From the IMG/VR virus record IMGVR_UViG_3300026488_000027, positions 2,131 through 66,130 of that record: DNA of 64,000 nt, one strand, 5' to 3'. The notes beneath the pieces are model-generated. The model had not been told where the DNA came from, made no database searches, and was given only the letters and a program-made list of their open reading frames with translations. Shown piece by piece: positions 19,767-27,990 of this stretch. Positions within the stretch are counted from its first letter, which is position 1, and every line of letters begins with the position of its first letter. Position numbers and translations under genes: made by a program. The DNA comes from a virus. Its lineage: Duplodnaviria; Caudoviricetes.

Positions 19767-20960
19767 ATGCTACATAATCAAAAAATGAAAGTTTTTGTGG
19801 TTGATGCTGAGGGAAAACCACTTCTACCTACCACACCTGCAAGAGCAAGAATACTGCTGAAAAAAGGAAAAGCAAAAGTTTACAGAATGATACCATTCAC
19901 TATCCAACTAAACAGAGTGGTTAAAAATCCTGTTGGTGAATTTACTGCTGCAGTTGATGATGGTTCAAAATATCTTGGTATAGCTGTTAAGGGGAAAAAT
20001 GAAATTGTTTTCACTGCTAATGTAAAACTTAGACAAGATGTAAGCAGAAAAGTTAAGCAGAGAGCCATGTATCGCAGGAATAGAAGGAGGAGACTTAGGC
20101 ATAGACCAGCTCGGTTTATGAATAGAAAGAGAAGCAAAGACTGGTTGCCACCATCAATCAGATATAGAAAGGAAGTTGTTTTGAGGGTTCTAAATGATTT
20201 GAGTAAGTTTTTAAATATCACAAAAGTTATAATTGAGCAAGTTAAATTTGATGTTTCTTCCCTTGTGGCTGGTAGGAGGTTGAAAGGCAAGGAATATCAA
20301 CGAAAAAGATATGAAGGCAGAAACTTCAGAGAAAAAGTCTTGATAAGAGACAATTATACTTGCCAAATTTGTGGTAATAAGAAAAATCTTGAAGTTCATC
20401 ACATAATCCCAAGAAGTAAAGGAGGAACAAATGTTGTAGAAAATGGAATTACATTGTGTAAGAATTGTCATAAAGCTGTTCATGAATGTAAAATAAAACT
20501 GACCGCTAACATACTATCAACGAAGCATGCTTCTGTTGCTCAACAAGGCAAATGGTGGTTATTTAGAATATTAAAAGAACAATTTAAAAATGTTGAAATA
20601 ACGTTTGGTTATATCACCAAGAAGAATAGAGAGAAACTTGGACTTCCAAAGGATCACTATACTGATGCTTGTGCAATATTAGAATGTAACAATATCATTT
20701 CGCCTGTTTATTTAATTATTCCACGCAGAAGAAGACCAGAAATAAATAATTCAACAAAGAAACATAATGAATACAAAGGATTTAGACATTTTGATATTGT
20801 AGTTGCTTATCACAAAACTAAGGGTAAGATAATTGGTTGTGTAAGAAGTCTAAAGAAAAGTGGTTTGGCTTTGAGAACGAAATTTTCAGATAACTTTGTT
20901 GTTGGATATACAAAAAGTAAACTACTTTGGAGACCAAAGGGGTTAGTTTATGTGGTATAA
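19767..20960 (+). CDS. iscB: RNA-guided endonuclease IscB (RRXRR, HNH + split RuvC)
   Basis: PLLP (PLMP domain), RuvC-I VDDGSK, Arg-rich bridge helix RRNRRRR, RuvC-II IIEQ, HNH CQICG..HHIIPRSKGG..N..LCKNCH, RuvC-III HYTDA. Confidence 0.95.
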   Translation: MLHNQKMKVFVVDAEGKPLLPTTPARARILLKKGKAKVYRMIPFTIQLNRVVKNPVGEFTAAVDDGSKYLGIAVKGKNEIVFTANVKLRQDVSRKVKQRAMYRRNRRRRLRHRPARFMNRKRSKDWLPPSIRYRKEVVLRVLNDLSKFLNITKVIIEQVKFDVSSLVAGRRLKGKEYQRKRYEGRNFREKVLIRDNYTCQICGNKKNLEVHHIIPRSKGGTNVVENGITLCKNCHKAVHECKIKLTANILSTKHASVAQQGKWWLFRILKEQFKNVEITFGYITKKNREKLGLPKDHYTDACAILECNNIISPVYLIIPRRRRPEINNSTKKHNEYKGFRHFDIVVAYHKTKGKIIGCVRSLKKSGLALRTKFSDNFVVGYTKSKLLWRPKGLVYVV

Positions 20961-20985
20961 TATAATATTGCAATATGTTAGAAAA

Positions 20986-21019
20986 TGTTTTAAATTTTAA
21001 AACTGTTTGAAAGGAGGAA
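20986..21019 (+). repeat. 34-bp inverted repeat, left copy
   Basis: TGTTTTAAATTTTAAAACTGTTTGAAAGGAGGAA; 32/34 identical to the reverse complement of 24401-24434. Confidence 0.85.
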
Positions 21020-21022
21020 TAG

Positions 21023-21952
21023 ATGGAAAAGAGCAAGTTTGAAATCATAAGAGAACTTATCAACTTCTATAATGAAAATCTATACATACCTTCTGCAAAA
21101 ATGATAGCTTCCATGTATAACATTGGATCAAAGAAAGCATATTGGATTCATGGTTATCTTACTGCAATGTTAAATGATGACAGGTATATTCGTGAAATTG
21201 AAAATGACACAGATAGAAAAACAGAATTTATAGAAGTTGTCTTTGCTGACATGCACATACCTTATATAGATGAAAAAGCTTTCTTTACAGCAATAGATTT
21301 TTGTAAAAATCTGCCAAGAGTTGATAAGTTTGTATTACTTGGAGATGAAATTGATTTTTACCAGATTTCCTTTTGGAATAGAAATCCTAAAAAGATGTCA
21401 ATAGAAGAAGAAATTGAAATGTGTAAAGACTATCTCAAACTTCTAAAGAAAGAATTTAGTGATGTTGACTTCTACATGATAGAATCAAACCATCATCTTA
21501 GACTTCAGAAGTATATTTTTTCAAATGCTCCTGAATTAGCAGGACTAAGACAACTTATGTTTGAAAACTTACTTGACTTGAATTCACTTGGTATAAAATA
21601 CATAAGCAATGAAAAGTTAATTTCAATTACAGGAAAACCATTTAGAATTGGTGGTTTGTATCACATTCATGGGCATGAAGTTAAGACTGGTGGAATAAAT
21701 GTAGCAAGAAATGTATATCTGAAAACGCAACAAAATGTAATTATGGGTCATTTCCATAGAACACAGGAATATATTCATAGAACTTTGGATGGAAAAGTAT
21801 ATGGTTGTTGGTCAGTTGGATGTCTTTGTCAGCTTACTGCTGAATATGCACCAGTAAATCAATGGAATCATGGGTTTGCTGTTGTATATCATTTTGATGA
21901 TGAATATTTTGAGGTTAAGAATTACAAGATCATAAATGGGAAGGTGTTATGA
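21023..21952 (+). CDS. Calcineurin-like metallophosphoesterase
   Basis: ADMHIP, LGDEID, SNHH, HGHE, GHFHR, GCLC. Confidence 0.88.
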   Translation: MEKSKFEIIRELINFYNENLYIPSAKMIASMYNIGSKKAYWIHGYLTAMLNDDRYIREIENDTDRKTEFIEVVFADMHIPYIDEKAFFTAIDFCKNLPRVDKFVLLGDEIDFYQISFWNRNPKKMSIEEEIEMCKDYLKLLKKEFSDVDFYMIESNHHLRLQKYIFSNAPELAGLRQLMFENLLDLNSLGIKYISNEKLISITGKPFRIGGLYHIHGHEVKTGGINVARNVYLKTQQNVIMGHFHRTQEYIHRTLDGKVYGCWSVGCLCQLTAEYAPVNQWNHGFAVVYHFDDEYFEVKNYKIINGKVL

Positions 21953-22134
21953 AGAGGAAAAGCAGATATTGGTTAATTACTGGTGAAATATTCAGAAAAG
22001 GAAAGAAGTCTTATTTTATTAATGTGGTAAATCTAAAAAGTGGTAATATAGTGGAATGGAAAGAATTTTCAAACTATGGAAGCTGGAAACAACAACAAGT
22101 CTATCTACGAAACAAATATAGAACTGCTAATTAG
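21949..22134 (+). CDS. Hypothetical protein
   Basis: 61-aa ORF coupled (ATGA) to the upstream gene. Confidence 0.55.
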   Translation: MKRKSRYWLITGEIFRKGKKSYFINVVNLKSGNIVEWKEFSNYGSWKQQQVYLRNKYRTAN

Positions 22135-22864
22135 CAAATTCAAAAATTGCTGTCTGGCCAGCATAAACATAGTCTAATTCTTTAACTAATGGATTTAGTT
22201 TTATGTGTTTTCTATTTACTGGGATTACTAAAAGTGCATAGCTTCCCCAACATACAAATTGAAGTCTTTGTCCTTGATGCACAGGTTGATTTTCATCTAC
22301 AAAGTCAAGTATAGAATTTACTTCCCTATCAGCAATTGAGCAAATAACACAATCAAAGTTTTTTATTGGATTGTATAATTCAATAACTTTTCTTTCATTT
22401 TTAAATGTGAAGTGTAAATTTTCTGGCTTTGGTTTTTTATTTGTGATTATATCATATTCTGCTGGAATCATTGAAAGGTTTTCAGTAACAGTTGGTTCTA
22501 ATTCTTTTATTGAACGGACAATTCCTTTTATTGGACTTCTACCGAGATGAACACTAAACGCAGTTAAAAAGATAGCACATGCATAGCACTCGCATTTCAT
22601 TTCTGAATCTAAAACCTCGTTTATCGTGTATGATTTTCCTTTCACATTGAGAACATCTTCGTCTGGATTATATCTTCCTATATGAACAACAATTCCATCA
22701 AATGGAGCAAAGATATATTTACTAATTTGCCATTTTGTTCTTAAAGGCATTCTATTGAAGTATAGTTCAACAAATTCTCTTGGTGTTGCTTTTGATACCT
22801 TCTTGAAGTCTTCTGTTTGTTGCCATTCTTCCATTGTGTGCGATTTAAATAATCTAATCATCAT
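22127..22864 (-). CDS. Phosphatidylserine decarboxylase-fold (pyruvoyl) proenzyme
   Basis: FAPFDGIV, IFLTAFSVHLGRSPIKG, KNERKV, GQRLQFVCWGSYALL (G|S self-cleavage), VYAGQT. Confidence 0.85.
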   Translation of the reverse strand: MMIRLFKSHTMEEWQQTEDFKKVSKATPREFVELYFNRMPLRTKWQISKYIFAPFDGIVVHIGRYNPDEDVLNVKGKSYTINEVLDSEMKCECYACAIFLTAFSVHLGRSPIKGIVRSIKELEPTVTENLSMIPAEYDIITNKKPKPENLHFTFKNERKVIELYNPIKNFDCVICSIADREVNSILDFVDENQPVHQGQRLQFVCWGSYALLVIPVNRKHIKLNPLVKELDYVYAGQTAIFEFAN

Positions 22865-23901
22865 TTACCACCATACTCCTTGTAGTATGATTGATATTTT
22901 CTGTCTGCATAATTAAGATGAGCAAAACAACAACTTAGAGCCGCACCTTGTTTCATAAATTGCCCAATTTCAAACATGACTAAATCAAAACCATTATCGA
23001 AAGCTATCTGTTCCAGCGTTTCTATCTTTTTCATCTCAATATTAAATTCTTCTGTATCTGGTTCAAAAATATCTATGTAAGTTCCTGCAAAGATAGTATA
23101 TCCTATTACAAGATTATTCATAATGCAAAATTCAATCACATCCTTGTCTTCAACAGGTATTATTTCAGCATATTTTTCAACTTCTTTAAGTGCTTTCTTG
23201 TCAACATAAGGAGTAGCAACCATTACTTTATCTTCTGATAAAACGCAACAAGCTTCATCAAAATGATATACAAAATCAGTAGTTTTTCCTAACTTTATTA
23301 TCTTAGCATCAAATTTTTCTGCAATCCAATCTAAAGCTTCTTCACATGTTCTTTCTCCATATCCAGCTAAATAAATGTTATCTTTGAGATAGCGACAATC
23401 TGGTTCTCCTTCAAATGTCCATTCTGGATCAGGAATTCTGTAAGTCTTATATCCCATTTCAGCTAAGAAGTTTTCAGCTATGTCAGATTCAGGATCTCTA
23501 CCTTCAGCAGCGAAATTACTAATTATGCATGTTGGTTCTTCCACATGTGGTAGATATAGAAATTGATTTACCCAGACCAAATCTTGCAAAAGTGGGTTTG
23601 GTGGTAAAGTTAATATCAAAGCATATTGTGAAATGACTTGGTAAATTTCAAACCACTGATTAAAAAGTTTATCTACTGAAAATTTGTTTCCAATTAGTTC
23701 TTCATCCTCTTCCATAAATACATTATTATCAACAAATACTTTTTGTATGATAGGAGGAGACATAACAAGAACTGTCACATCAAGATCTGATGGTGTTCTT
23801 AGCCTTTTACTTACATCAACATCTGATAGAGATTTTTCTGTGCAAAAAGGACATTTTTCTGTTGTATATACAGCATTACATTTATCACAGATATACATCA
23901 T
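22861..23901 (-). CDS. Amidinotransferase/DDAH (pentein)-superfamily enzyme with N-terminal zinc ribbon
   Basis: LQDLVWVN, FEGEPD, GYGERT, VYHFDE (His-Asp), FMKQGAALSCC (nucleophile Cys); CDKC..CPFC at the N-terminus. Confidence 0.85.
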   Translation of the reverse strand: MMYICDKCNAVYTTEKCPFCTEKSLSDVDVSKRLRTPSDLDVTVLVMSPPIIQKVFVDNNVFMEEDEELIGNKFSVDKLFNQWFEIYQVISQYALILTLPPNPLLQDLVWVNQFLYLPHVEEPTCIISNFAAEGRDPESDIAENFLAEMGYKTYRIPDPEWTFEGEPDCRYLKDNIYLAGYGERTCEEALDWIAEKFDAKIIKLGKTTDFVYHFDEACCVLSEDKVMVATPYVDKKALKEVEKYAEIIPVEDKDVIEFCIMNNLVIGYTIFAGTYIDIFEPDTEEFNIEMKKIETLEQIAFDNGFDLVMFEIGQFMKQGAALSCCFAHLNYADRKYQSYYKEYGGK

Positions 23902-23925
23902 TTTATTTCACCTCATCTTTAGTAA

Positions 23926-23975
23926 GATTTGTGGTCTGTCACAAATCGTGATACGGAACAGACCACAGTGTTTTT
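23926..23975. promoter_or_regulatory. Structured intergenic element (10-bp hairpin with alternative 8-bp hairpin)
   Basis: TGTGGTCTGT 23930-39 pairs with ACAGACCACA 23958-67; GATTTGTG 23926-33 pairs with CACAAATC 23940-47. Confidence 0.6.
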
Positions 23976-23977
23976 GA

Positions 23978-23995
23978 TTTAAAATGTTTAGTTAC
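23978..23995 (+). repeat. 18-bp exact copy of 19464-19481 (TTTAAAATGTTTAGTTAC)
   Basis: Direct comparison of the two loci. Confidence 0.85.
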
Positions 23996-24396
23996 TTTTT
24001 AGCTTTTTCAAACATCTTGCATGTATAAATAAGCTCATCAAGAAGATTTATCCATGCTTTTCTTTCTTCAGGAGTAAATTCTCCTTCAACAACATCCAGA
24101 TGCTTTTCTGCAAGTATATCAAGTTTTCTTAGGAACAAATTAATTGCAAGTTTTGTGTTTTCGTCTTCAACACCAATATCGTCTAAAAGTTTCTCAAATT
24201 CCTTGTGGAATTCTTCTTCAGAAACCGTTTCATCAGTAGCCAGTCTCTTTAGCGTTTCAAAAGAAGCTACAAGCTGATCTGCATATTCGGGATGTTTTGA
24301 TAAAATTCCAATAAGAATTCCAGACAGTGCAAAAGAAACAAGATCAGGATCAAGTTTTTTTATGACATTCTTTGTTTTGTTCCAATATTTACCCAT
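23992..24396 (-). CDS. Hypothetical protein (134 aa)
   Basis: AAGGAGG RBS; helical, acidic. Confidence 0.75.
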   Translation of the reverse strand: MGKYWNKTKNVIKKLDPDLVSFALSGILIGILSKHPEYADQLVASFETLKRLATDETVSEEEFHKEFEKLLDDIGVEDENTKLAINLFLRKLDILAEKHLDVVEGEFTPEERKAWINLLDELIYTCKMFEKAKK

Positions 24397-24400
24397 AGCC

Positions 24401-24434
24401 TTCCTCCTTTCAAACAGTTTTGAATTTTAAAACA
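24401..24434 (-). repeat. 34-bp inverted repeat, right copy
   Basis: Minus strand TGTTTTAAAATTCAAAACTGTTTGAAAGGAGGAA. Confidence 0.85.
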
Positions 24435-25209
24435 AAATAAATGTTGCTGTTAGTTTATCCCAAACTTCTTTGGGATTTCCAATATTGTAAAATTTCATAG
24501 TTAACTGTGGCTCATACAATCTATACTTAAGTTCATTTCCATCTTTGTAAATTATAAGATTTATAGCATGATAAACCACTTTGTTTTTATCTTCATCTAT
24601 GAAAATTCCCCATAATATTCCGCATCCTAAGTTACCCAATTTGTGTTCAGAAAGAAACGATTTGAACATTAATGCATAATCATCACAGTCTGTTCGTTCA
24701 GGAATGTATTTGTGTTTTTCAGTGTGAAACATTGAAATTATCTTTTTGATTATTGAAAAATCCTTTGGAACATAATATTTACTGTCAGCATACTTTATGT
24801 CGGTATGTTGATCAACAAAGGGTAGTTCTTTTACAAAATTGAGAATCACTTTGTGATCCACTTCTTCAAGATCATCTTTAAATAATTCATAAAAATCGTC
24901 TGGAAGATGTTGACACAAGTTTTTAAAGTTAAAGTGTATTTCACTTGCATATTTGAAGAAGTTGATAAGTTTATTTAATTCAATGTTTTCATCTATTCCT
25001 ACCTGGTTAAGCATGTCTAACAAAAGATTGGCAGATGGATATCTATTTCCTATCAATTCACATACATCAAGTATTGTTGTTAGTATTTTATCCTTACCAT
25101 CATTAGCTTTCAAAATATTTGAGAAAGTAGTAGCTTTTTTTAATATTGTTATTAGGTTGTCATCTGGTTGTATAAGAAATGGTTCTAAAACTTGTTTAAG
25201 AGTTTGCAT
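24427..25209 (-). CDS. Papain/transglutaminase-like cysteine protease domain protein (MOA agglutinin C-terminal-like)
   Basis: TDCDDYA (Cys), YHAINL (His), LYEPQ (Glu). Confidence 0.7.
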   Translation of the reverse strand: MQTLKQVLEPFLIQPDDNLITILKKATTFSNILKANDGKDKILTTILDVCELIGNRYPSANLLLDMLNQVGIDENIELNKLINFFKYASEIHFNFKNLCQHLPDDFYELFKDDLEEVDHKVILNFVKELPFVDQHTDIKYADSKYYVPKDFSIIKKIISMFHTEKHKYIPERTDCDDYALMFKSFLSEHKLGNLGCGILWGIFIDEDKNKVVYHAINLIIYKDGNELKYRLYEPQLTMKFYNIGNPKEVWDKLTATFILF

Positions 25210-25792
25210 TTTGCTCCTCCGAATTTACTTCAACTATATATGTAGTATCAGGCCATCCCTGTTCCACATCATACTGTTCTGCTTCTTCCACGCTTTGCAG
25301 TGCATCTATTGCTTTATTGTGCTGTGCCTCGGCTACAAATAGGGATTCTATGTATTTTAGCATTATGTTTCCAACTTGCACCAGCTCATAATAGGTCAGC
25401 TCAGTGAAACTGTTGTCCTTCAGCTTCCACGCAACTTTGTCTTTTGCCTTATCCAGTATTCCAAGGTTGTAAGCGTTGACCACGGCGATGATGTTAGCTC
25501 TTGTTTTTGCATCTGTTTCAAAGTGGTAGCTGTTTTCGCCTATTTGTATGATGACGCCTTCATCTTCTTTCCGTTTACGCAAATCAGCCACTTTCTGTTT
25601 GAGCTGGACTTTGAGATTGTCAAGATAGTCATCTGGATATTTTATTTCGCCATCTTCATAGATGAAGCCGATTTCTGCTTTGTTCCATGTATCTTCATCT
25701 ACAAGAATGGTGTTGGAAGATGTTGGTTTATGCTTAGATTTGTATTTGGCTTTTATTGTGTTGTTTTCAAGTAAGAAGTAGTAATACATCAT
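25196..25792 (-). CDS. Tail fibre assembly protein (DUF4376-like)
   Basis: FETDAKTRANI...WKLKDNSFTELT...GWP pattern; follows the fibre genes. Confidence 0.75.
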   Translation of the reverse strand: MMYYYFLLENNTIKAKYKSKHKPTSSNTILVDEDTWNKAEIGFIYEDGEIKYPDDYLDNLKVQLKQKVADLRKRKEDEGVIIQIGENSYHFETDAKTRANIIAVVNAYNLGILDKAKDKVAWKLKDNSFTELTYYELVQVGNIMLKYIESLFVAEAQHNKAIDALQSVEEAEQYDVEQGWPDTTYIVEVNSEEQNANS

Positions 25793-26922
25793 AACCCTCC
25801 AGCATTCTTTTCGTAAAGATAAATTCTTTGAACTTCTTCGTCTGTAAGGGCACGATTGAAGATGCGAATGTTATCTATGAGACCCGCTATAATGTGATTG
25901 GTGCCACCATATGGCCTATTTGCAATAAGTATTAATGGATCATAATTGTTACTTGAAGTTGGAGCATCTATTTTCAATATGTCATCTACATATAGTTTTG
26001 TGTTTCCATTGTTAAATATTCCAATTAAGCTATGCCAACCACTATCTTGTATTATAGATATATCAACTCCTGGATCGGTTGCATCATTACCAAGATATAT
26101 TTTATTCTGATAGAAATAAATAGTATTTCTATAATCACCTGTGTTTTTATTAATTATTCCTACAGCATACCCATCTTGACTTTGTTCAAGATCTTTGACC
26201 CAAGCCGATATAGTATATGTCTTAGATGATATATCAATACCACTACTAAGAGAAATATAACTACTCCCATCAAACTTCGCAGCCTGTCCCCATGGACTTT
26301 CTGCATACAGTTCATTACCATTCCAAGTTCCGTTGTAGTTTTCAAAGGCATCATTAGCGTTGCCCTCAAATGGGTAGAAGGCAACCTGTGCCGTATCCCA
26401 ATCTGAGATGGGAAGCCATTTAGGTTCAATTTCATGCACAACTTGACATGCTGTTGAAGAGCTTAAAATATTATCAAATACACTTGTGTCCTTGAGAAGT
26501 GTATTTAAGTCTGAGTGGGCAGTGGGATCTAAACCTGCATATCCCGCAATAATCTTTGCACTTGCCATAGAGTTAGCACTTATCTTACTCCAGAACAGCA
26601 CATTGTTTCTCACAAAATTTCTCAGAGCTTCTTCTCCAGCTATTCTGTTCATTGCTTCTTCAGAATTGACCATCGCATTTACAAACTTTTCACTTTTCAC
26701 AAACTTCTCATGCGGGACAAACATGAAGGCGTCTATGATAGAAGGTTTCTTTGCAATTTCATCTATCACATCGTCCTGTTGCAAGATCATTTCAACTATA
26801 TTTGGATTATCCACAAGGAATGACTTGAGATACATCACCTTGCCAGAGGTGGTGCCTGTATCCGCAAGATTAGCAAACTTATCAATCATCTGCTTCAACA
26901 AATCTACACTAAATGAAGGCAT
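25789..26922 (-). CDS. Tail/receptor-binding protein with C-terminal LamG (ConA-like) domain, paralog 1
   Basis: AFYPFEGNAND, GQAAKFDG, TISAWVK, GLIDNIRIFNRALTDEEV. Confidence 0.85.
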   Translation of the reverse strand: MPSFSVDLLKQMIDKFANLADTGTTSGKVMYLKSFLVDNPNIVEMILQQDDVIDEIAKKPSIIDAFMFVPHEKFVKSEKFVNAMVNSEEAMNRIAGEEALRNFVRNNVLFWSKISANSMASAKIIAGYAGLDPTAHSDLNTLLKDTSVFDNILSSSTACQVVHEIEPKWLPISDWDTAQVAFYPFEGNANDAFENYNGTWNGNELYAESPWGQAAKFDGSSYISLSSGIDISSKTYTISAWVKDLEQSQDGYAVGIINKNTGDYRNTIYFYQNKIYLGNDATDPGVDISIIQDSGWHSLIGIFNNGNTKLYVDDILKIDAPTSSNNYDPLILIANRPYGGTNHIIAGLIDNIRIFNRALTDEEVQRIYLYEKNAGGL

Positions 26923-27988
26923 TTTCCGCCTCCTTTGTCAGTATTGTTGCTGTTGTATCTGCTGAAAATTGCACATAGAAGTCTTTGGGCACAAATAAAG
27001 TTACCGTGTTGTTTGCTTTGAGCGTTATGTTCTGATCAGGCGGGTTTGACGATCCAATAGAGAATGTAACATCAGAGCTGCCAACTGTTAGCATCAAGAT
27101 AACATCATCCTGTGCTTGGTAGACTGTATTTGCTGTGAATGAGAAAGAATCTATGTTACTAAACTTTGGAGTCCACCAGTTGGTTATTTCACCATGTAGC
27201 CATTTAGCATCTATAAATGGAGTTATATATCCATTTTCATCAAGATAGGGAATTCCATAGGGCCATGGTTTCTGGGTGAGAACTGAGAACGCTTCCCACA
27301 TTGCATAGACAAGCCATATTGCTTCATCGCTTGTCTGTTTCCAGTATGTAGAATTATCATTTGGTTCATTTCCAGTATTGTTGTCCGTCATAGAAACCCA
27401 AAAAGCATCATTGTGAAAGACATAATCACCAAAAGAATATGTGGTTGCAGAATCCCATACCCCCTTGAAATTGCCTAAACCACCATATTCAAAATACTTT
27501 CTTGCTTTTTCGGCATAATGGAAAGCAGAGTAACCTGTGTGATGACCATCGGTAACCTGGCTGTCTTCGGGAGCAACAGCCCATTTCCTCGCCTTTTCCT
27601 TGTAGTGGTAAGCTGAATAACCCTGATGCTCTCCATCATCTATCTGCTGATCCTCTGGTGAGTTAGACCATTTGTAGGCTTTTTCTTTGTAATGGTAGGC
27701 AGAATACCCCTGATGTTCTCCGTCATCCACCTGTGTATCTTCAGCTTCCTGCGCCCATTTGTGTGCGTTTTCTTTATGCTGATAAGCAGTGTCTCTCGCA
27801 TTTATGGTTTCGTCTCTTGCTTGATTAATCTCCTGCTGTGTTTGGTTGCATTGATCCGCCCAGTCGTTCATATTGTCAGGGAGAGTTTCAACATAGCTTA
27901 CAAATTCGTCTGCTCTTTCGTCAAAGTTTTCTGGATCGCTTCTTTTAGGTGCTGGCGGACAAGGTGGAATTATCTTTGTTATAGCCAT
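26909..27988 (-). CDS. Tail fibre protein with three 29-aa repeats and a CBM5/12-like motif
   Basis: AxKWAxxPEDxQVDDGxHxGYSAYHYKEK x3; GVWDSATTYSFGDYV. Confidence 0.75.
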   Translation of the reverse strand: MAITKIIPPCPPAPKRSDPENFDERADEFVSYVETLPDNMNDWADQCNQTQQEINQARDETINARDTAYQHKENAHKWAQEAEDTQVDDGEHQGYSAYHYKEKAYKWSNSPEDQQIDDGEHQGYSAYHYKEKARKWAVAPEDSQVTDGHHTGYSAFHYAEKARKYFEYGGLGNFKGVWDSATTYSFGDYVFHNDAFWVSMTDNNTGNEPNDNSTYWKQTSDEAIWLVYAMWEAFSVLTQKPWPYGIPYLDENGYITPFIDAKWLHGEITNWWTPKFSNIDSFSFTANTVYQAQDDVILMLTVGSSDVTFSIGSSNPPDQNITLKANNTVTLFVPKDFYVQFSADTTATILTKEAENAFI

Positions 27989-27990
27989 CT

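Larger units (their letters stand above)
19461..20990 (+). mobile_element. Non-autonomous IS200/IS605-superfamily OMEGA (iscB) element
   Basis: omegaRNA plus iscB with no tnpA in the window; ends approximate. Confidence 0.7.

Noticed and set aside
23926-23967. Guanidine-II (mini-ykkC) riboswitch upstream of the amidinotransferase
   Set aside because: Only one ACGA is present, and it is not a tetraloop on either of two tandem hairpins; kept only as an unclassified structured leader
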